In this document: positions 56,067 through 64,000 of the stretch, in pieces
Layout: each line of letters opens with the position of its first letter
Numbering within the stretch: the stretch's first letter is position 1
Assembly (NCBI GenBank): GCA_964270895.1
Contig: OZ185447.1
Direction: 5' to 3' (one strand)
DNA: 64,000 nucleotides
Source: Podarcis filfolensis
Lineage: Eukaryota
The notes under the pieces: model-generated
What the model saw: only the letters and a program-made list of their open reading frames with translations
What the model was told of the DNA's origin: nothing
Databases searched by the model: none
Position numbers and translations under genes: made by a program

Positions 56067-56190
56067 TAGGGTTACCAGATGTCCCCGTTTCCCGGGGACA
56101 GTCCCCAGATTTACAAATCAGCCCCCATACAAAATCCATTGAAGAGGAAAAGTGTCTCCAGATTCATTGAAAAAAAACCTGGTAACCTTA
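56067..56190. mobile_element. Short hAT-type MITE
   Basis: TIRs tagggttaccag / ctggtaacctta; 8-bp TSD tgttaagg / cgttaagg. Confidence 0.8.
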
Positions 56191-58282
56191 CGTTAAGGAG
56201 TTGGAAGGGATGCGAAACAAAACTCCAGAATCAGAGATCTCAGGCTGGTGATAGCCAGGGGATTTCCCCAATGACAACAATTCCACACTGCCAATCTAGT
56301 TTTATAATATACCAGGACGGTACAGGATTTGGAGATGTCTGCCCCTTCTGTGTACTTTCTCAACATTAGGAAGTGTTTGTGGCAGAGGTGTCGAAGACTG
56401 ACAACTACTGGTTTGAAAGCGGATTATGGACGGGTCCCTTGCCATAAGCAACCAGGCTACAAGCAGCATCAATGGCCTACTTCCTCCTCCACTCTCATTT
56501 GGCATGATTTATCATACTAGGGCAACTCATAATAATGAGAATCCAGCCTTTAGGGTAAAAAGAGAAATCCTTAGGGCTTTTAGTGCTGCTTAGAGCAACA
56601 ATCAAATCTAGCTCAGTGTTCAATAGTGGCTAGCAAAGTGAAATACCACACTTCGGTGGGGAAACCTCTGGGTATGACTGGTAGGGGTTACCTATAGACC
56701 TGCCCAAATTTACCTTAGTTTCTTGGCATGGCTTATAGCAATGCAAAGTGAGAGGCACCAAAACATACTTTGTCCCAACTTCAAAGGAGTTACGAAGTCT
56801 GTCATGTAGGTATCTTGGACCATTTGATTTTGCCCAACTCCCTGGCAGGTATTAGCTTTTAAATGGGCATTTCTTAAGTTGCCCTCTGGGGTGTGGGGTC
56901 ATGCTTTGGAGAAAGGGCTTTGTCTGCTGGGCTCTAAGTCTAGGACTTATGCAGGAAGGATTAAAGCTGGAGGCAAGAAAATGGAAAACCCACTTTCAAT
57001 TTCAGGCAGCCACTTGCACTGGTTTATCACTCTGTCCCTAAAGCAAAAGGGTGAGGGACGAGGGAGATGGAAATGAGGCTTTCATTTCTCTTCCAAAGCA
57101 AAAACACTGTTGACGCCAAAGTGTTTCACCTCCTGTAAAACCAGTGTCCTACTTCCATACCGTCACAATTGCTCTGGAGATGTGATGCTTTTGGGGGAAT
57201 CTTGATCAAACAGTGTACAGTTTGGCTCCAAGTCTTGTTCCCTTTCATCTTTTAAAGGGCTACAAAAATTATACTCGTCCAGGGTGCCAGCCTCCCTTTC
57301 CCAGAGCTCCAGTTTTAATCAAATAGTGTCCTGCTTGCAACAGATGGGGCTAAACACCCAGGATTCAAGTGAGAAAGATTGTAGAGGTCTTGTGCTTTCC
57401 CCTCCTCTTCCTCCTGCCCTCCTCCCCACCAGCCATCCAAAGACACACACGCACACACCGAGGAATCCAGAAGCACCAGTTTGGGGTTTAATTAACCAAC
57501 CTGGGGAAGAAAAGGGGCACTGGACAAGTGCATTGCACCCTCCTCACTGCACCTTTCCGATCAGTTACAGAAGGAGGAAAGGGACCGGGAGGTGGAGAGG
57601 GTGCGGATACAGGTATAGAAAAGAGCAGTACAGTAAAAACAAGGGGAGCCGTGGGGGAAGGACAGGAGAAGAGGGAGAAGTCACTTTTAAAATCACAATC
57701 TCAAACCTTTTATAAATGTACAAAAAAACCTTTTCCCCCACCTGCTTGGGGCAGAATATATAAATATTTACACTGCCTGGCAGGGGGAGGTGCCCCAAGA
57801 TACAGCCCTCCCCCTTCCCCTGAAAGCAGCTTTCCCATCAGTCCATTGAGGGAGAAGAACATGCCCCAGAGCCATTTCAGCCCAGCAGGAATACTGGAAG
57901 CAGACACAAAACCTGTTAGGAAGAGGGATCTGGGAAGAAACCGGGACCCCAAACCGGGGGCACACCAGCTCCTCGACTCCTGCCCTCCCTCCGCCACAAA
58001 CACCTCTAAAACAGAGACATCACACCCCGTATCTCTTAAGCCCCAACCTGAGCTTGGAAGAGGTTCCAACTATTCATAGCTGAAGGAGGCGAAAGTCCTT
58101 CTGGGAGGGGTGGCTGGGTGCTCCTCAGGTTAAGGCAGCAGGAAGCTGCACTCTTATCCCTGCCTGACAGGAAGGGGATGGGGGGGCTCGGTTTCTCTGC
58201 CCAGGGCTCACGCTGACCCCACCAGTCCACTGGAGACAAGGGAAGCTGCTAGATACAGGTGCACACATGTCCCAGAGCACCA

Positions 58283-61200
58283 TTATCTGGAGTCCCGGTC
58301 CTTGTAGGCTGCCAGTTCCCGGATGTCAGGAGCACGGCGGGGGGAGCAGGGCCGAGCATTCGAAGCAGGGATGAGAGGCGGGGGGGCGCTCAGCAGTCCT
58401 ACAGCGGCAGCAGCCGCGGCGGCAGCCGCAGCAGGGGTGGCTTTTGCCAGCAGCCCGTTTGGGTGGCGGGGATAGGCCATGAGGCTGGGGTGGGGTGGGG
58501 GCGCCAGGCCATATAACCGGGCCCGTTCGTAGTCCTCGGCGGCAGTGGCGGCAGGTGACGGGGTCTCCAGGTAGCGGGGCAGGCGCTGTAGCGGGTGCAG
58601 CTCCAGCCCCCGGTGATAGGGCTCACGCCAGGCTTCGAGCGCAGCATAGGAGGCAGCTGAGGGCGGGGCAGCAACCAGGTATGGGGAGACGCTTCCGCCA
58701 GTTCCGGCCTGGGGTCTCTCAAACACAGCCAGCGTCCCCAGGGGATGGGAAACATGCAGGGTGCTGTGGAAGGGAGGCCCCGTGCGCAGCGCCCCCTCGA
58801 AGCCCGTCAACTCAGGCTCCTCCTTGACCTTCACTTCCTTCTTCAGAGGCAGCTCTGGGTAAGGGGAGCGGGAGGCGTGGCCTGAACCTGCCGGGCTTCC
58901 GTAGCGATGCTCACGCTCTGCTGGGATGTGTGACCGGCCTGGGGGCTCCTCGTGAGCCAATGCTAGGTTCTTTGGGGTGGGAGTAGCTGGAGAGGCACGC
59001 AGTGGATGGCGCGAGAAGAGGGCATCTCTGAAACACATACACAGGCAAAAGAAAGTTTGTGTTGGGGGCAGGAAAAAGTCACTCTCCACAACCTGGTACT
59101 GTCACCCAGCCCTATGCAGACCCCTTATTTGTCACACTGGGCTGGCCCAACTGCCTCTTACTCCACCCATACCTAAAGATCCCAAAGAGCGGCAACTGCC
59201 CTCCCTCTCCTGAATACGGTGGAACCTCGGTTTTCGAGCATCTCAGAAGCAGAACGATTCAGAACCTGAACACCAAAAACCTGGAAGTAATTGCTTCCGT
59301 TTTTGAATGCGCATCGGAAGTCGAACGGCTTCCACTTCATGTTTTTAGGGAAGCTTTTAATGTTTGATGTATTATAGTATTTTAATATTTTTTTGGAAGC
59401 TGCCCAGAGTGGCTGGGGAAGCCCAGCCAGATGGGCGGGGTATATATAATAAATTATTATTATTATTGTTATTATTATTATTATTATTATTACTACTATT
59501 ATTCCATGTTTTCTAATGGGTTTTGCAGACTGCCCATTGATCCTCGGTTTTCGAACGTTTCAGAAGTCAAACTGTCTTCTGGAACGGATTACGTTCAAAA
59601 ACAGAGGTTCCACTGTATCAAACTCCATTCACTCTTCATCCAGGAATAGCCTTGACCCCCTTGTCATCACCTCTGTGTCCCACCTCTTACCTGTCCTTTT
59701 CGTCCTTGATCACTGGCCCTTCTGGCTTCTCGCTCTCCTTCTCGTGCTGGGTCCCTCCACGCTCAGCCCCATCTCCAGCCCCACCTTTGGGCCAGGCTGG
59801 GGCGGTGGGAAAGGAAGGGGGTGTGCGGTGTAAGCGGTTCCATGCCTCATGGGGGCTAGGGAAGGCTGGAGCTCCGGGACTGTCCTTCTGCCCAAAGACA
59901 GCGCTCGAGTCTGGGAGGGGAAAGAAGAAAGATTGGAACTGGCACGTTAGAAAACACTGCTGTCCCCATGGCCCATGTGCAGCAGGGTCCTCAAAAGCCC
60001 CAGGCAGCTGGGCTCACCCAGGTAAGAAGTGTGGGGGCAACTAGGTCCCCAAGTTGGAATAAGAATATAAAAAGAGCCTGCTGGATCAAGCCAATGGCAA
60101 ACCTAGTCCAGCATCCTGTTCTCACACTGGCCAACCAGACGCCTGTGGGAAACCAGCAAGCAGGAAGTGAGAACAAGACCACTCTCCCTTCTGTGGCTTC
60201 TAGCAACTGGTATTTAGAAGCACTGCTGCCTCCAACCATGGAGACAGAGCTTAGCCATCATGTCTAGAGCACTGATGAACACTGCACCATGGTGAAAAGA
60301 GCATAAATAAGAGCTCGTGCATGCAATCTTTTAGAAATAGCCCCCTCCCAAATGCTGCTAGTGAATTGAGGGCGAGGAAATGCACCACACGTTTGAATGA
60401 TTTCTCACAACAAAAACTTTGTGCATGAAGGAAGCCAGCATACCAAGGACACAGGTTCTAACTTGGGCTTCTCCTAATACGTGAATTTCCTAAAGGCAGA
60501 ATTTGTCTCTCTATTCCACTCCTGCCCCAACCCAGTTATTGCCCCATTTGCTTTTCTGAAAGTTTAGGTCAGTCCTAACAGCCTCAAGTTTGCAAGGAGG
60601 AGGCATAAAGCCTTAGCCTTGAAATGACAGCCAGGTGGTAGGAGCACCACAAATGGAGGCAAAGGGAGGAACTTCAAAAGCTTTGGCTCAATGGAAAAAG
60701 TCCTGAAACTTAGCCTCTGAGAGGGGACACAGAAATTGGCAGAAGGAAGAGGCTGGGATCCATAGCTCCTGGGTTTTCCTTCCAGCTCTGAGAGGGAAAC
60801 AAGGGAATGTGGGTGAAACAAGGGGAGAGCAAAAAAAGCCCAAAACTTAGAACCCAGGATTTTCTGCCTCCAGTTCTTCATAATGGGGCTGCAAGGGCTG
60901 GGACGGAAAACCAAGTTTCCTGGGTTACTTCTCCAGCTGTAAGAGTAGAGGGTGGAGTAAGAGGAAAGGAAAGAGTCCTGTATTCAAATCCCCGTCTGTA
61001 GAGAACACCATTCTGGCCCCATTAATTACAGATTTTATGCCCCTAACCCCCAAACAATACTCACTGAAAGATGGGTTGCCCAGGCCCCCAAAAGCCCCAT
61101 TGGAGAGCGCCCCGAGGGAGGCAAAACTGGGGGGCCTGCCAAAGGGATCTGGAAAAGAGGCGAGCAGAGGAGTGAACAATCGTATGGAAGATGCTGGGTC

Positions 61201-63561
61201 CTGCCCCACCGGCCCTGGCATCATTCTGGTGCGCCAGCTCTTACCAATGTGGGGGCTGGGGCTGAGGAAGGAGCCATGAGGGGTGCCGGCAGGACCAAAT
61301 GATGTGCCAGTGCCTGGGTGGTGGATGGCACCTGCAGGACAGAAACATGAAGAAAAGTTAATGTTCGAGATGCTGGGATTGACAGAAGGGGGTGCACCTC
61401 ATGGTTAGTGACATGATTTAACATATTTATAGCCTGCCTTTCCCCCAAGTTGGGATCAAGGCAGCTTCGAACATTAAAAAATATCATTACAACATACTAA
61501 GTAGTAAAAACAAACTAGTTAAAAACAATAGTGAAAATCTCTTAGAACCCATTTCAAACCAGCAGTTAAAATGCAGTTTGCCCTGACAGTGGCAAAGTAA
61601 TCAGCATTGTCTGCACCTTAGCCTGTCTGAATGGGAACATCTTCGCCTGCTGGCAGAAGGATACAAAGAAGGAACCAAACTAACTTCTCTTGGGAGGGAA
61701 TTCCACAATATAGGAGCAGCCAAAGAAAAGGCTCTCCCTCACATAACCACCAACTGTGCTTCTGATGTTGATGGGACTGAGAAGGTGCTCCCCTGAGGAT
61801 ATCAGCATCTGGGCTGGTTAATACAAGGAGATACAATCTTTCAGGTAGAGGATGCTGGGCTCCCAAAAACATAAGCTGGAGTTAGAGTCCCTTGTCACTA
61901 CCAATAATCTAAGCAGCATGTAATCTTTTTTACTGTCTTTTTTAGCTGCCTTGACGCAACCATATAAATGGCAGGGCACACCTGTCCACATTTCACAGGC
62001 AGGGCTACCTGGGGGGGGGGGGAACCACCCTTGAAATCCTGCACACTGGGTCCCTCAAAAAGCTCACTATCATTACTGGCATAGTTCTAGGGGAGCCTCC
62101 AACTACCATAGAAGGGAAAGAGTGTCCACAGAGTTTGCCTGAGACCCAGAAATCTGGCAGGCTGGGTTATAGAGTGCCCTCAGCCTTTTAAGAATCAAGC
62201 GCCGAGGGCCTTCTGGCGGTTCCCTTGCTACGAGAAGTCAAGTTGCAGGGAACCAGGCAGAGGGCCTTCTTGGTAGTGGCACCCACCCTGTGGAACGCCC
62301 TCCCATCAGATGCCAAAGAGATAAACAACTACCTGACATTCAGAAGACATCTGAAGGCAGCCCTGTTCAGGGAAGCTTTTAATGTTTAACAGACCACTGT
62401 ATTTTAATATTTTGTTGGAAGCCGCCCAGAGTGGCTGGGGGAACCCAGCCAGATGGGCGGGGTATAAATNNNNNNNNNNNNNNNNNNNNNNNNNNNNNNN
62501 NNNNNNNNNNNNNNNNNNNNNNNNNNNNNNNNNNNNNNNNNNNNNNNNNNNNNNNNNNNNNNNNNNNNNNNNNNNNNNNNNNNNNNNNNNNNNNNNNNNN
62601 NNNNNNNNNNNNNNNNNNNNNNNNNNNNNNNNNNNNGAGTAAGGCACTGACCTGAGGCTGTGAAGAGAGTGGCTGGGCGTGCCAGCTCCTGGCTGTGAGG
62701 CAGGCTGCCAAAGGCTCCCGTCCCAGGCAAACCGGTGAGAAGGTCGTTCCGGAAGTCCAATTTCTGGGGGTCACCCTGCACCAGCTGAGAGGAAATAAAG
62801 GATACAGAGGCCCCCCTTGAGCAACCAGGCCGGGCACGCTATTCACAGCAGCCTCCACAGCCCACTCTTTGGCAGGGACACCTCCTGCTCCTGCCCAGCC
62901 CCAGGCTCTGCTCTTGCGGTTCCCGTTTACCCGCCTCCTATCCCAGACTCACAGACCCCGCCTTGCATCCAGGGTCCAGCACAGACATCAGAAGAGCAGA
63001 ATGGGAGAGGCTTCTCCCGTTGCTTGCAGCGACCCTCTGGCGGCTACCAGCAGGAGCTGCGCCACACCCCATCACTGTACGCAGGCGGAGGGGGGAGGTG
63101 GCGCAGGCCCACCCTACCTTCATCTTCTCCTGGTGCCGCAGGATCATATATGCTACACGGACGTGCATGGCGCACCACTTCCCGGGCTTCTACGAGAGAG
63201 GGGGGAACCATCAGCTCTGTACGTTATGTCCCTGCTGGGCCAGGCACAAGCTGCCCTACACCCTGACTTGAGCCCCTCTCCCCACCGCCGCCCCCTGTGG
63301 GGTGAGCCATCGCTAGTCCTTGCTACCCCGAGCAGCCACCCCACTGCACCGTGTCCAGGAGGGGTCCCAGGGTTACTCACTCTTAGCGTCGGCCTGAAGG
63401 GATCGGTGAGCTGAAAGGAGACAGAAAAGCCAAGTGGGGGGTTAGTCATCCTTTCCACACTGCCCCGCCCCCTATACAGATGGCACACTCACCTGAGTGC
63501 CTTTCTGGGACAAGGTAGGTGGGACAGCCCCCAGCCGGGATGGCAGGTCAGGGTTAGTGCT
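58283..63561 (-). CDS. FBRS: Fibrosin (AUTS2 family), last 8 coding exons; 5' part lies outside the window
   Basis: Exons 63561-63493 (STNPDLPSRLGAVPPTLSQKGTQ), 63410-63381 (LTDPFRPTLR), 63189-63118 (KPGKWCAMHVRVAYMILRHQEKMK), 62784-62652, 61331-61245, 61148-61065 (DPFGRPPSF...AFGGLGNPSF), 59910-59691 (HEAWNRLHRTPPSFPT), 59027-58283 (...YKDRDSR*). Phases consistent; AUTS2-family motifs; syntenic upstream of SRCAP. Confidence 0.92.
59217..59615. mobile_element. Tc1/mariner-type MITE interrupted by an L2 3' tail with (TTA)n
   Basis: TA|cggtggaacctcggttttc ... aaaaacagaggttccactg|TA; internal 59339-59500 matches the L2 tail family. Confidence 0.8.
60058..60265 (+). mobile_element. Interspersed repeat (SINE/CR1-related)
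   Basis: aagagcctgctggatcaagccaatggc..ctagtccagcatcctgttctcacactggccaaccag core shared with 10665 and 14865 copies. Confidence 0.6.
62190..62469 (+). mobile_element. 3' end of L2-type LINE running into the assembly gap
   Basis: High similarity to the reverse complement of 3588-3903. Confidence 0.8.
62470..62636. other. Assembly gap (167 N) in an FBRS intron, at the position of the L2 microsatellite tail
   Basis: Run of n characters. Confidence 0.99.
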
Positions 63562-64000
63562 CTGGGGAAGAAACAGTGGGTCAGGAGGAGACAGGCTGCT
63601 GAGGAGAACTCTCCTCTCTCCACATTCAGATCCCTCTCCCAAGCACACAGAGAATCATGCAATCCTCTTGGCAGAGGTCAGAAATCCATTCTTGCACTCC
63701 GCCTTCTCTGTTTTCCACATAGAATCCTGGCTCTCCAACCCAGCTAATGAGGAGCTCTGGCTCCCAGCCTCCCTGGTCCACCTCAGGACGAGGGGAGAAT
63801 GCCACTCCATGCAGGCCATGCAGGACACACACACACAGGCATGCTCTCCAAATCACGAGGGATGCTCCCCTCGGCCCCACTTCTTTCCCAGAGCCAGCAG
63901 ATGAACCCAAGAGTCCAAGCACCTGCTCTTCATGCTCAAAAGCTTTGGGGCTCCACTTCTCCCCAGTAACCCTGGCTCCCCGCATCCCCATACTCTGCTC

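Noticed and set aside
60270-60320. CTGATGA...GAAA hammerhead-like core
   Set aside because: Stem II forms only 2 bp and no valid stem III/NUH cleavage triplet.
62306-62858. ORFs containing X runs
   Set aside because: Artefacts of translating through the N gap.

Overview
Vertebrate genomic DNA, most likely a squamate and probably a lacertid lizard (inferred from Sauria-type SINEs, Squam3-like SINEs and squamate-type L2/L1 fragments). The window is syntenic to human 16p11.2: the 3' end of CFAP119/CCDC189 (+), then on the minus strand complete PHKG2 (9 coding exons, 403 aa), TMEM265 (2 coding exons, 122 aa), complete SRCAP (32 coding exons, 3430 aa) and the last 8 exons of FBRS. All exon boundaries were read by hand and the splice phases are consistent. 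The top observation is a 3.7-kb, 1232-codon Glu-rich ORF (50819-47121, minus) in the 5' intronic region of SRCAP. It ends exactly at a phase-2 splice donor that would join SRCAP exon 3 in frame through a stop-free 5'UTR, predicting a ~4740-aa SRCAP isoform; a nearby AATAAA would instead give a stand-alone acidic protein. Also notable: an H/ACA snoRNA candidate in SRCAP intron 22 with a 5' pocket complementary to 18S rRNA around U1662, two GC-AG introns, a young 39-nt coding minisatellite between SRCAP AT-hooks, and nested transposon insertions with intact TSDs. SRCAP exon numbers follow human numbering as recalled (ATG in exon 3). No database searches were possible, so novelty claims are untested.
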